This document shows positions 34,799 through 44,105 of a stretch of DNA of 64,000 nucleotides, in pieces. The notes beneath the pieces were generated by a model. That model was not told where the DNA came from and did no database searches. It saw nothing but the letters and a program-made list of their open reading frames with translations. The position numbers were made by a program, and so were the translations under genes. Each line of letters opens with the position of its first letter. Positions within the stretch are counted from its first letter, which is position 1. The DNA is from an uncultured bacterium (GTDB lineage: Bacteria > Desulfobacterota_D > UBA1144), in assembly GCA_913050245.1 (NCBI GenBank), contig CAJWZJ010000003.1:27329-91328 (forward strand), written 5' to 3'.

Positions 34799-35353
34799 AT
34801 GTCTAGAATTGGAAATAAAGAAATTTTATTAAATAAAGAAATTAAACTGACCTTCAATGAAGGAGTATTGACCGTTAAAGGTCCAAAAGGAGAACTCAAC
34901 AGATCAATCCCAACTGAAGTTCAGCTAGACATTAGTGATGAAAAAATTCTTGTCAAAAGATCCTCAGAGGTTAATAAAGTCAAAGCACTTCATGGGTTAA
35001 CAAGATCATTAATCAATAATATGGTTATTGGAGTCACAAATGGATTTGAAAAAGCTCTTGAAATTAAGGGTACAGGATATAAGTGTGATATTAAATCTAA
35101 AACTGAACTAGTTTTAAATTTAGGATATTCAAATCCAATTAATTTTTCATTGCCTGATGGAATTGAGGCTGAAACTGAAAATAAAGGAACACTTTTAAAA
35201 ATTAAAGGAATTAACAAAGAGGTAGTTGGTGAGATTGCTGCAAGAATAAGAAAGCTTAGAAAACCTGAAAGATATAAAGGTAAAGGTGTTAGATATCAAG
35301 GAGAATATGTTAAGCTCAAAGCAGGTAAATCAGCAGGTGGAAAGGGTGAATAA
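34799..35353 (+). CDS. rplF: 50S ribosomal protein L6
   Basis: MSRIGNK.., two L6 repeats, YKGKGVRY. Confidence 0.96.
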   Translation: MSRIGNKEILLNKEIKLTFNEGVLTVKGPKGELNRSIPTEVQLDISDEKILVKRSSEVNKVKALHGLTRSLINNMVIGVTNGFEKALEIKGTGYKCDIKSKTELVLNLGYSNPINFSLPDGIEAETENKGTLLKIKGINKEVVGEIAARIRKLRKPERYKGKGVRYQGEYVKLKAGKSAGGKGE

Positions 35354-35355
35354 TT

Positions 35356-35688
35356 ATGATTAACCAGATAGAGAAAAATAAATTAAGAATTAAAAGACAT
35401 TTTAGAAATAGAAAAAATATTTTTGGTACAGCAGAAATACCTAGATTATATGTATTCAGGTCTCTAAAAAATTATTATGTAAGTATAGTCGATGATACAA
35501 AAGGTATTACATTAGCTTCAGCTAAAATAGCAAGGAAAGAATCATCAGAGAAATTAGCTGAAATTTTAGCAGAAAAAGTAATTAAAATTGGCATAAATAA
35601 AGTTATTTTTGATAAGAGTGGTTATAAATATCATGGCAGACTTAAACAATTTGCTGATAGTCTAAGAGAAAGAGGAATTAGTTTTTAG
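35356..35688 (+). CDS. rplR: 50S ribosomal protein L18
   Basis: Position matches; RLYVFRSLKNYYVSIVDD.. and FDKSGYKYHGRLKQFADSLRE. Confidence 0.94.
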   Translation: MINQIEKNKLRIKRHFRNRKNIFGTAEIPRLYVFRSLKNYYVSIVDDTKGITLASAKIARKESSEKLAEILAEKVIKIGINKVIFDKSGYKYHGRLKQFADSLRERGISF

Positions 35689-35698
35689 GAGAAATATA

Positions 35699-36238
35699 TT
35701 GAGTTCAAATCAAGATAAAGAATTTATTGAAAAAATTATCCATATCAGAAGAGTTGCGAAAGTTACTAAAGGCGGAAAGAATTTCCATTTTACTGCTTTA
35801 GTCGTTATTGGAAACATGAAGGGAAAAGTAGGCTCTGGCCTTGGTAAATCTAATGAAGTTCCTGATGCGATAAGGAAAGCAATTGAAAAAGCCAAGAAGA
35901 ATCTAATTGAAGTTGGTATGAATGGAAGGACTATTACACATGAGGTTTATGCTAAGTCCTTATCTTCTCAAGTAATGATAAGACCTGCGGGTTCAGGTAC
36001 TGGAGTTATAGCTGGTGCAGCAGTTAGATCTGTATTAGAATTAGCGGGAATAAAAGATGTTCTTACTAAATCATTGGGATCTAGAAATCCTATCAATGTA
36101 GTAAATGCCACAATGGAATGTTTAAGATCCTTAAGTGAACCTGCTGATACAGCTCAAAGTCGTGGAAAAGAATCAAATGAATTAGATCTCCCTAAACAAT
36201 ATTATAAAAATAAAGCAGAAGGTGAAGCTAATGCTTAA
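35699..36238 (+). CDS. rpsE: 30S ribosomal protein S5
   Basis: IRRVAKVTKGGKNFHFTALVVIGN and GTGVIAG. TTG start with AGGAG upstream. Confidence 0.95.
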   Translation: MSSNQDKEFIEKIIHIRRVAKVTKGGKNFHFTALVVIGNMKGKVGSGLGKSNEVPDAIRKAIEKAKKNLIEVGMNGRTITHEVYAKSLSSQVMIRPAGSGTGVIAGAAVRSVLELAGIKDVLTKSLGSRNPINVVNATMECLRSLSEPADTAQSRGKESNELDLPKQYYKNKAEGEANA

Positions 36239-36656
36239 TGAACTTAAAAAAACTACAATAACTGGCAAAACTCGAGTTGGAAGAGGACCTGGCTCTAAAG
36301 GTAAAACAGCTGGGAGAGGACATAAAGGTCAAAATTCAAGATCTGGTGGTGGAGTTCCTATTTTATTCGAAGGTGGACAATCAAGCTTTGTTTTAAGGAC
36401 TCCTAAAAGAGGGTTTAAAAATTATAATAGGATAGAATTCGACGTAATTAATGTAGGTCAATTAGATAAAATTGATACTAATGATGAAATAAATAAAGAT
36501 TTTTTAATAAAGATTGGGAAGATTAACGGAAAGAACCCACTTAAAATATTAGGCCAGGGTGATATTTCCAAGAAAATTTCTATTAAAGCAGATGCTTTTT
36601 CCAAAACTGCAGAAAGCAAAATTAAATCAGCTGGCGGTTCTATTATTAAAGTATGA
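36231..36656 (+). CDS. rplO: 50S ribosomal protein L15
   Basis: MLNELKK... GRGPGSKGKTAGRGHKGQ. I preferred the ATG at 36231 over the GTG at 36222. It follows rpsE directly, with no rpmD in between. Confidence 0.93.
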   Translation: MLNELKKTTITGKTRVGRGPGSKGKTAGRGHKGQNSRSGGGVPILFEGGQSSFVLRTPKRGFKNYNRIEFDVINVGQLDKIDTNDEINKDFLIKIGKINGKNPLKILGQGDISKKISIKADAFSKTAESKIKSAGGSIIKV

Positions 36657-37969
36657 GTTCAGTCGATTCACTTCCAAAGCTACCAGAGCTAAATAAAAGA
36701 ATTTTATTCACACTTTTTATTTTAGTTGTTTATAGATTAGGAGTATTTGTTCCAATACCTGGAGTTGACTCAGCCGAGATTTTAAAAATTTTTTCAAATC
36801 AGGGTAAATCTTTTTTTGATATAATTAATTTATTTTCAGGAGGAGCATTTGAACGAGCATCTATATTCGCATTAGGTGTTATGCCATATATTACTTCTTC
36901 AATTGTTATGTCATTAGTTGTAAAGACAGTACCTAAATTAGAAGAATTAAATAAAGAGAGTTCAGGAAAAAAAAGAATTGCCCAATATTCAAGATATTTA
37001 ACTATAGTAATATGCTTTTTTCAGGCCTCTCTTTTAGTTACTGCATTACAAACAGGTTTAGGAACTGGTGTAGATATTGTTTTTGATCCTGGATTAAGTT
37101 TCTATTTGTTAACCGTTTTTACTTTAACTGCAGGAACCTTCTTTGTTATGTGGTTAGGAGAACAAATAACTAATTTTGGAATTGGTAATGGTTTATCTTT
37201 GATAATTGCTGCATCTATTATTACAGGTGCACCATCAGCTATAGGTAAATTATTTAATTTTGTTTCTACTGGTGATTTAAATATATTGACAATAATTTTA
37301 TACATAATAATTATGCTTGGAATTTTATATTCTGTAGTTTTTGTTGAAAGATCTTTCAGAAAAATACCAGTTCAATATCCGCAAAAGACTCAAGGAAGGA
37401 AAGTTTCAATGGCTCAATCCTCACATTTACCACTTAAAATTAATCCAGCCGGAGTTATTCCTCCAATATTTGCTTCATCAATATTGCTTTTACCTTTAAC
37501 AATTTTTAATTATGTCGATAGTCCTACACTTAACCAACTTTCGGCTTCTTTTTTAAACAATGGTTTTATTTATAATGGTGTTTTTGCATTATTGGTTATA
37601 TTTTTTACTTTCTTTTATACAGGTATGGTTATAAATCCATCAGAACTATCTGAAAATCTTAAAAAAAATGGTGCTTTTATTCCAGGTATTAGACCTGGTG
37701 GAAACACAACAGACTATATTAAAGGTGTTATGGCAAAGCTTACTGTGATAGGAGCATTGTACCTAGCTCTAGTTTGTACAATTCCAGCAATTCTTAATGC
37801 TAAACCTTTCAGCTTGCCATTCTTCTTTGGTGGTACATCACTACTAATTGTTATAGGTGTAACTTTAGATTTTATTCAACAAATTCAGTCTTTTTTAATA
37901 TCTGATAATTATGATAATTATGGAAATAAAAAAAGGAAAAAAGAACCAAAAAGGTTCAATATGAGGTGA
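36653..37969 (+). CDS. secY: preprotein translocase subunit SecY
   Basis: A 10-TM profile with FALGVMPYITSSI and LGEQITNFGIGNG. Confidence 0.96.
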   Translation: MSSVDSLPKLPELNKRILFTLFILVVYRLGVFVPIPGVDSAEILKIFSNQGKSFFDIINLFSGGAFERASIFALGVMPYITSSIVMSLVVKTVPKLEELNKESSGKKRIAQYSRYLTIVICFFQASLLVTALQTGLGTGVDIVFDPGLSFYLLTVFTLTAGTFFVMWLGEQITNFGIGNGLSLIIAASIITGAPSAIGKLFNFVSTGDLNILTIILYIIIMLGILYSVVFVERSFRKIPVQYPQKTQGRKVSMAQSSHLPLKINPAGVIPPIFASSILLLPLTIFNYVDSPTLNQLSASFLNNGFIYNGVFALLVIFFTFFYTGMVINPSELSENLKKNGAFIPGIRPGGNTTDYIKGVMAKLTVIGALYLALVCTIPAILNAKPFSLPFFFGGTSLLIVIGVTLDFIQQIQSFLISDNYDNYGNKKRKKEPKRFNMR

Positions 37970-37973
37970 TTTT

Positions 37974-38519
37974 ATGATTCTAATTTTATTTGGCCCTCCA
38001 GGAGCAGGTAAGGGTACTCAAGCAGATTATTTAAAGGAGAAATTTAATTTATTACATTTATCTACTGGTGACATTCTTAGGGAGGAAGTTTCAAATAATA
38101 CTGAGCTAGGTGTGCAAGCCAAAAAATTTATGGATTCAGGCGAATTAGTGACTGATGAATTAATAATCGGAATGATAAAAAATAAAATAGAGTCAACTGT
38201 CAATGTTGAGGGTTTTCTGTTTGATGGTTTTCCAAGAACTATATCGCAAGCAGAAGCATTAGATCAAATGCTTGATTCTAGTAATAAGTCAATTGATAAA
38301 GTTATTTCTTTAGAAGTAGATGATAAAACACTAATAGAGAGACTTTTGGCACGAGGAAGAAGTGATGATAATGAGGAGACAATCAAGAATAGGCTGGAAG
38401 TATATAAGAACCAAACATTACCTATCAAAGACTATTATCATAGTAAAAATCAATTAGTTGAGATAAAAGGAGACAGCTCTATAGAAGAGGTTAGTTCAGA
38501 AATAGAGAAATCCTTATAA
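37974..38519 (+). CDS. adk: adenylate kinase, short form without a LID insertion
   Basis: P-loop GPPGAGKGTQ and DGFPRT. The LID region is reduced to LARGRSDDNEETI. 181 aa. Confidence 0.94.
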   Translation: MILILFGPPGAGKGTQADYLKEKFNLLHLSTGDILREEVSNNTELGVQAKKFMDSGELVTDELIIGMIKNKIESTVNVEGFLFDGFPRTISQAEALDQMLDSSNKSIDKVISLEVDDKTLIERLLARGRSDDNEETIKNRLEVYKNQTLPIKDYYHSKNQLVEIKGDSSIEEVSSEIEKSL

Positions 38520-38521
38520 AA

Positions 38522-39283
38522 ATGTCTGTAAAAATTAAAAATAAATCAGAAATAAGTAAAATGAGTGAATGCGGTAAAATCATTGCTGAAGTAAGAGAAT
38601 TGATTATCAAAAACATTGAACCTGGAATATCAACTTGGGAACTTGATAAGTTAGCTGAAGAATACACTGTTTCGAAAGGTTTTGTCCCAGCATTCAAAGG
38701 TTATCAGAATTTTCCATCATCAATATGCGCCTCTATTAATGACGAAGTAGTTCATGGATTACCCTCAAAAAATAAAGTGTTAAAAAATGGAGATATTATT
38801 GGAATAGACTTTGGAGTCTTTGATGGAACATTTTATGCTGATTCTGCTTTTACTTTTGCCGTTGGCAATGTAGATGAGGAAGTGACTAAACTTCTTCATG
38901 TTACCAAAAGTTCATTAGAAAAAGGAATAGACAAAGCGGTGGTTGGAAATAAGATTTATGATATTTCTAAAGCTATTCAGGATTATATAGAATCATATGG
39001 ATTCTCTGTAGTAAGGACTTACGTCGGACATGGAATAGGCAGAAATTTACACGAGGAGCCTCATGTCCCAAATTTTATATTAAGTAAAAAAGATAGATCA
39101 TCTTCAATTAAATTAAAGGAGGGAATGGTTTTAGCGATTGAGCCAATGGTAAATACCGGTGATTATGAAGTTGAGTTAAGTGATGATAAGTGGACCGTCA
39201 AAACTAAAGATGGAAGCTTATCTGCACATTTTGAGCATACTGTGGCTATTACCAAGGACGGACCAAAAATCCTAACAAATTAA
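38522..39283 (+). CDS. map: methionine aminopeptidase type I
   Basis: Metal ligands appear in DIIGIDFG.. DSAFTF, HGIG, LAIEP and HFEHTV. Confidence 0.94.
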   Translation: MSVKIKNKSEISKMSECGKIIAEVRELIIKNIEPGISTWELDKLAEEYTVSKGFVPAFKGYQNFPSSICASINDEVVHGLPSKNKVLKNGDIIGIDFGVFDGTFYADSAFTFAVGNVDEEVTKLLHVTKSSLEKGIDKAVVGNKIYDISKAIQDYIESYGFSVVRTYVGHGIGRNLHEEPHVPNFILSKKDRSSSIKLKEGMVLAIEPMVNTGDYEVELSDDKWTVKTKDGSLSAHFEHTVAITKDGPKILTN

Positions 39284-39286
39284 ATT

Positions 39287-39505
39287 ATGGCAAAAGAAGA
39301 AAGAGTAGAACTTGAAGGGTCGATTTTAGAGGCATTGCCAAATGCAATGTTTAAAGTAGAGCTTGAAAATGGACATCAAATATTGGCATATGTTTCAGGC
39401 AAAATGAGGACGCATTTTATCAGAATTCTTCCTGGAGATAAGGTAAAAGTTGAAGTATCCCCTTATGATTTGACAAAAGGAAGAATAACATATAGATTGA
39501 AATGA
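39287..39505 (+). CDS. infA: translation initiation factor IF-1
   Basis: [28 protein letters not shown].. S1-like fold, 72 aa. Confidence 0.96.
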   Translation: MAKEERVELEGSILEALPNAMFKVELENGHQILAYVSGKMRTHFIRILPGDKVKVEVSPYDLTKGRITYRLK

Positions 39506-39543
39506 CATTATCGTATATAATATAACGCTTTAACGGAGTTTTT

Positions 39544-39927
39544 ATGCCTAGAATTGCTGGAGTAGACATACCTGAGAATAAAAGAGTTTTGATATCCTTA
39601 ACTTATATTTATGGTATTGGAAAAAAAATTTCTCAAGATATTCTTGAGAAAGCAAATATTGACTCTTCAATTAAAACATCTCAATTGACAGATGATGATG
39701 TTGCAAGAATAAGGCAACTTATTGAAAATGATTATCTTGTAGAAGGCGAATTAAGAGTAGAAGTTCAAAATAATATAAAAAGATTACAAGAAATAGTTTC
39801 TTATCGAGGTATTAGACATAGAAAAAAATTGCCCTGTAGAGGACAGAGAACCAAGTCAAATGCTAGAACCAGACGAGGGAAGAAAGGGCTTGCAATTGCT
39901 AAGAAGAAACAAGCGGGATTAAAATAG
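39544..39927 (+). CDS. rpsM: 30S ribosomal protein S13
   Basis: [10 protein letters not shown].. and YRGIRHRK. It follows infA after 38 nt, with no rpmJ in between. Confidence 0.96.
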   Translation: MPRIAGVDIPENKRVLISLTYIYGIGKKISQDILEKANIDSSIKTSQLTDDDVARIRQLIENDYLVEGELRVEVQNNIKRLQEIVSYRGIRHRKKLPCRGQRTKSNARTRRGKKGLAIAKKKQAGLK

Positions 39928-39940
39928 GAGTTTTTCTAAT

Positions 39941-40324
39941 TTGAAAAAAAATAAAAAAAACAAAAAATCAAAAAAGTTTGTTGAAAGCGGTAAAGCACAC
40001 ATACAAGCAACTTTTAATAATACAATTGTCACTATAACTGATGATGATGGCAATGTATTATCTTGGGCTGCAGGTGGGAAAGAAGGCTTTAAAGGAACTA
40101 GAAAAGGAACTCCATTCGCTGCTCAATTGGCCGCAGAAGATGCCGCTAAAAAAGCAGCAGAATTTGGAATGAAAACTATTGCTGTTTATGTAAAGGGACC
40201 AGGTCCCGGACGAGAAACTGCAATTAGATCTATTCAGTCAGCAGGCATTAAGATTAATTTAATTAAGGACGTTACACCACTTCCTCATAATGGATGCAGG
40301 CCACCTGCTAAGAGAAGAGTTTAA
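39941..40324 (+). CDS. rpsK: 30S ribosomal protein S11
   Basis: [18 protein letters not shown] and [15 protein letters not shown]-like end. TTG start with no in-frame ATG before the conserved core. Confidence 0.95.
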   Translation: MKKNKKNKKSKKFVESGKAHIQATFNNTIVTITDDDGNVLSWAAGGKEGFKGTRKGTPFAAQLAAEDAAKKAAEFGMKTIAVYVKGPGPGRETAIRSIQSAGIKINLIKDVTPLPHNGCRPPAKRRV

Positions 40325-40342
40325 GTAAAGAGGTATTTATTT

Positions 40343-40972
40343 TTGGCTAGATATACAGGACCAACAACCAAGCTATCACGAAGGGAAGGGCAAGAACTTT
40401 TTTTAAAAGGTGATAGGTCATATTCAGATAAAGCTGCAAGAAGGCTAAATATACTGCCTGGGCAAAGTCAATCAAAGTTTAATCAAAAATCTTCAGAATA
40501 TGCTATTAGGCTTCGTGAAAAACAAAAGCTAAAAAGAATTTTTGGATTAACTGAAAAGCAATTTAGAATCAATTTTGTTAAATCAAATAAACAACCTGGA
40601 GTCACTGGTGATAATTTGATTTCAAACCTTGAAAGAAGACTTGATAATGTAGTTTATAGGCTTGGGTTTTTAAGTTCAAGAAATGAAGCCCGCCAATATG
40701 TAAATCATGGACATATATTAGTTAACAATAAAAAAGTAGATATACCCTCTTTTCTTGTTTCAGTAAATGATGTTGTAGAAATAAGAGAGAAAAGTAGAGA
40801 TAAGAAAAGAATTAAAGAATCGGTCGAGTCAGTAGCTAGGAGAGGTGTACCTGAATGGCTAGATTTTGATTCAGAAAAATTAAGCGGAATTGTAAAAAGA
40901 TTACCAAATAGAGATGATTTTACATTGCCTCTTGATGAACAATTGATTATCGAGTTTTATTCTAAACTATAG
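40343..40972 (+). CDS. rpsD: 30S ribosomal protein S4
   Basis: MARYTGP (TTG codon) and an S4 RNA-binding domain RLDNVVYRLGF. Confidence 0.96.
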   Translation: MARYTGPTTKLSRREGQELFLKGDRSYSDKAARRLNILPGQSQSKFNQKSSEYAIRLREKQKLKRIFGLTEKQFRINFVKSNKQPGVTGDNLISNLERRLDNVVYRLGFLSSRNEARQYVNHGHILVNNKKVDIPSFLVSVNDVVEIREKSRDKKRIKESVESVARRGVPEWLDFDSEKLSGIVKRLPNRDDFTLPLDEQLIIEFYSKL

Positions 40973-40980
40973 GAGATTAA

Positions 40981-42039
40981 ATGGAATTTCAAAGAAATTG
41001 GATTGGTTTGCACAAACCAAAATCAATACAAATAGATCAAAAAAATAAATCTGAAACATATGGTAAATTCATATGTCAGCCTCTTGAAAAAGGTTATGGA
41101 CTGACTATTGGTAATTCTTTAAGAAGAATTTTGTTATCTTCAATACAAGGACCAGCTATTACTAAAGTTAAAATAGACGGCGTTCAGCATGAATTCTCCA
41201 CCATAACTGGTATTAAAGAAGATGTTACAGAAATAATTCTGAATTTAAAAAAATTGAATTTAAAAATGTCTACTTATGAACCTCAAGTTATTAGGCTTAG
41301 TTATGAAGGTGAAGGAGAAGTTACTGCAAAAGATATTGAAGTTAATCAAAATATAGAAATAGTAAATGAACATCAATTTATTGCTACTTTGTCTGAAGGT
41401 GCCAAGATTGACATAGAGATGACAGTTGAGATGGGTAGAGGATATGTAACAACTGAGTCAAGAGATGATAATAGTCACTCAATTGGCGATATATTGCTTG
41501 ATGCGATTTTTTCACCTGTTGTCAAAGTTAATTATAACGTTACTGCGGCTAGGGTTGGCAGAAGGACAGATTATGAAAGGCTTACGCTAGAAGTCTGGAC
41601 AAATGGAACAGTACTTCCTGAAGATTCCGTAGCATTCGCTGCTAAAATTTTAAAAGACCAGATGACAGTATTTGTTAACTTTGATGAAGAAGAAGTTGAC
41701 TCAATACCAATAGTTGAGGAAGAAAATGATGAAATAATTGGTTCAGAGGACATTTTATTTACGAAAATTGAAGAATTAGATTTCTCAGCCAGATCTTTAA
41801 ATTGTCTTGAAAAAGCTAGTATTAAATACTTGGGTGATTTAATTCAACTCAACGAAGAAGACTTGTTGAATTTAGAAAATTTTGGTAAAAGATCTCTAAA
41901 TGAGGTTAGAGATGTAATAGCTTCATTTAATCTAAGATTGGGTGAAGATATTAACAAGGATTTGTATTATGAACAAAGAAAGATTAAAGAGGATGATTCT
42001 TCAGATAATTCAGAACAGGAATTTGTAGATGAGACATAG
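40981..42039 (+). CDS. rpoA: DNA-directed RNA polymerase subunit alpha
   Basis: GNSLRRILLSSI, a C-terminal domain with LDFSARSLNCLEKA, and an acidic tail. Confidence 0.96.
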   Translation: MEFQRNWIGLHKPKSIQIDQKNKSETYGKFICQPLEKGYGLTIGNSLRRILLSSIQGPAITKVKIDGVQHEFSTITGIKEDVTEIILNLKKLNLKMSTYEPQVIRLSYEGEGEVTAKDIEVNQNIEIVNEHQFIATLSEGAKIDIEMTVEMGRGYVTTESRDDNSHSIGDILLDAIFSPVVKVNYNVTAARVGRRTDYERLTLEVWTNGTVLPEDSVAFAAKILKDQMTVFVNFDEEEVDSIPIVEEENDEIIGSEDILFTKIEELDFSARSLNCLEKASIKYLGDLIQLNEEDLLNLENFGKRSLNEVRDVIASFNLRLGEDINKDLYYEQRKIKEDDSSDNSEQEFVDET

Positions 42040-42451
42040 AGTTAGAAAAGGAAAGTTGGGTCTAAAGACTCAACATAGGCTTTCAATGTTAAAAAACTTA
42101 GCAACAGAACTTTTCCGTCACGGAAGAATTATTACAACAGATGCTAGAGCAAAAGAATTAAAAAGATTTTCTGAAAAAATTATAACTACTGCAAAAAAAG
42201 ATTCTGTTCATTCAAGAAGAATAGTTGATGCAAAAATTAAAAATCGAGAAGTGCTAAAATATTTGTTTGAACATATAGCGCCAAGCTATGTAGATAGGCC
42301 TGGAGGCTATACAAGAGTTATAAAACTTTCATACAGGAGAGGTGATGCAGCTCCTTTGTCGGCTATAGAATTGGTTGGCCTAGATGTACCTTTTAAGCCT
42401 GTTGAAGATGAAGCAAGCGATCTCGAAAAAGATCAGCCAGAAGAATCATAG
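42029..42451 (+). CDS. rplQ: 50S ribosomal protein L17
   Basis: MRHRVRKGKLG... and GGYTRVIKL. Confidence 0.95.
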   Translation: MRHRVRKGKLGLKTQHRLSMLKNLATELFRHGRIITTDARAKELKRFSEKIITTAKKDSVHSRRIVDAKIKNREVLKYLFEHIAPSYVDRPGGYTRVIKLSYRRGDAAPLSAIELVGLDVPFKPVEDEASDLEKDQPEES

Positions 42452-42459
42452 TAAGGATT

Positions 42460-43455
42460 ATGTCGAATAATCTAGGTATCATTTTAGATCCCAACTCATT
42501 AAAAAATATAGAGTACATAGTAAAAAAAGCAGATGAATATAATTTTCATTCTGCCTGGACTACAGAACTTTATAGATCCTCATTTGAACAACTCACCTAT
42601 ATTGCTGGATTAACTAAAGAAATAAAAATTGGTTCAGCAGTGACTTTAGCATTTGTAAGGAGTCCTCTAATGACTATGATTTCCGCTATGGATATTGATC
42701 AGATATCAAATGGAAGGCTAATTCTTGGATTAGGATCAGGCGCAATAAATACTAATAGAAAGTGGCATTGTAATAACGATTTTGCTAATCCTTCTGAAAG
42801 AATGAGCTCTTTGCTGAAAATATTAAAAATAATCCAAAATGGTCTATATAAGGGCCAAGATATTGAATATGAGGATAATTTCTATAATATTGAAATAAAA
42901 GCTTTTAAAAGGCCTTTTAAGCCTCTTAGGAGCGAAATACCAACAATAGTAGCCGGAATTGGTCCTAAAATGTCTCGAGTTGCCCTTGAAGAATCTGACG
43001 GTTATCTAGGACATGTTGTTTGCTCATTGGACTATTTAAAAAATAATATCTTGCCTATTAGATCCGATAAGCATACTTCTATTTCTTCTATTATCTTGTG
43101 TGCCATCAATAAAGATAAGTTCCAAGCAATAAATGATTGTAAAGGAACTATTGCTTTTTATTCAATTGTTAAAGCCTATGCAAAACCATTTATTCAACTT
43201 GGATTCGAAGAAAACATTAAGAAGATTAGAGAAGCATATTTTAAACAAGATGTTCAAGGTATGTTAGATAATGTTAGTAACGAAATGGTTGAGAAATTTG
43301 CAGTTGTTGGATCTGCTGAGGAAGTATCTGAAAAAATTGAAGTATATAAAAAAATATTGGATTTACCTATACTTACAGCACCACATTATTATATAAGTCA
43401 TGAAAAATTAGAATATTATCAAAACGAAATCTTAGAAACATTTAAAGTTTTTTAG
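42460..43455 (+). CDS. luciferase-like (LLM class) flavin/F420-dependent oxidoreductase
   Basis: A 331-aa TIM-barrel-type pattern with GRLILGLGSGA and a C-terminal FAVVGSAEEV helix, typical of the LLM family. Substrate unknown. Confidence 0.7.
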   Translation: MSNNLGIILDPNSLKNIEYIVKKADEYNFHSAWTTELYRSSFEQLTYIAGLTKEIKIGSAVTLAFVRSPLMTMISAMDIDQISNGRLILGLGSGAINTNRKWHCNNDFANPSERMSSLLKILKIIQNGLYKGQDIEYEDNFYNIEIKAFKRPFKPLRSEIPTIVAGIGPKMSRVALEESDGYLGHVVCSLDYLKNNILPIRSDKHTSISSIILCAINKDKFQAINDCKGTIAFYSIVKAYAKPFIQLGFEENIKKIREAYFKQDVQGMLDNVSNEMVEKFAVVGSAEEVSEKIEVYKKILDLPILTAPHYYISHEKLEYYQNEILETFKVF

Positions 43456-44104
43456 CTTTATAAATTGTTACAAGTCCAAAATTGAATGATTCATATTTTT
43501 CTACTTCAAATGAATTTTTTTCTAGAATTTTTACGAACTCTCTGGGACTATAAAAATTATTAATTGATTTCGACAAATATAAATACTCTCTAAACTTACC
43601 AAATAAAAGTCCAACAAATGGTATTACAAAAAAAAGATATAGATTAGTTATGATTTTTAGAAGAATATTATTATTTTTTGAGAATTCCATTATTAACAAT
43701 AGCTGATTTTTTTTTAAAACTCTGCGAATTTCAACAAGGGAATCATTAATTGAAACTGTATTTCTTATACCGAACGATATAGTTACAAAATCAAAATAAT
43801 TATCTTCATATTTAAGATTTTCAGCATATGACTCAATAAATTTTATTTCTTTATACTTTTTTCTTGCAATTCTAAGCATATCAATTGAAGGATCTATGCC
43901 TGTGCAATCAGTATTCGGATATTTGTCTTTAATAAGTGATATGATATCACCTGTTCCAGTTGCAAGATCTAAAACCTTTCCTTCAAACTTTGCAATATTA
44001 ATAAAATTAGATTTCCATTTTTTATGTTTTCCTAAGCTTATAATGTTATTTATACGATCATATACATTAGCAATGGAGTCGAAAGTATCCTTTGTCTGAG
44101 GCAT
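43442..44104 (-). CDS. ubiE: demethylmenaquinone / ubiquinone-intermediate C-methyltransferase (UbiE/MenG family)
   Basis: FDSIANVYDRINNIISLGKHKKWK (UbiE signature), SAM motif VLDLATGTGD, and SFGIRN. Confidence 0.82.
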   Translation of the reverse strand: MPQTKDTFDSIANVYDRINNIISLGKHKKWKSNFINIAKFEGKVLDLATGTGDIISLIKDKYPNTDCTGIDPSIDMLRIARKKYKEIKFIESYAENLKYEDNYFDFVTISFGIRNTVSINDSLVEIRRVLKKNQLLLIMEFSKNNNILLKIITNLYLFFVIPFVGLLFGKFREYLYLSKSINNFYSPREFVKILEKNSFEVEKYESFNFGLVTIYKAKKL

Positions 44105-44105
44105 T

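Noticed and set aside
39941-39975. Long A-runs at the 5' end of rpsK (ttgaaaaaaaataaaaaaaacaaaaaatcaaaaaag) as a programmed frameshift or slippage site.
   Set aside because: The frame reads straight through into the conserved S11 core and simply encodes a Lys-rich N-terminus. No alternative frame yields anything recognisable.
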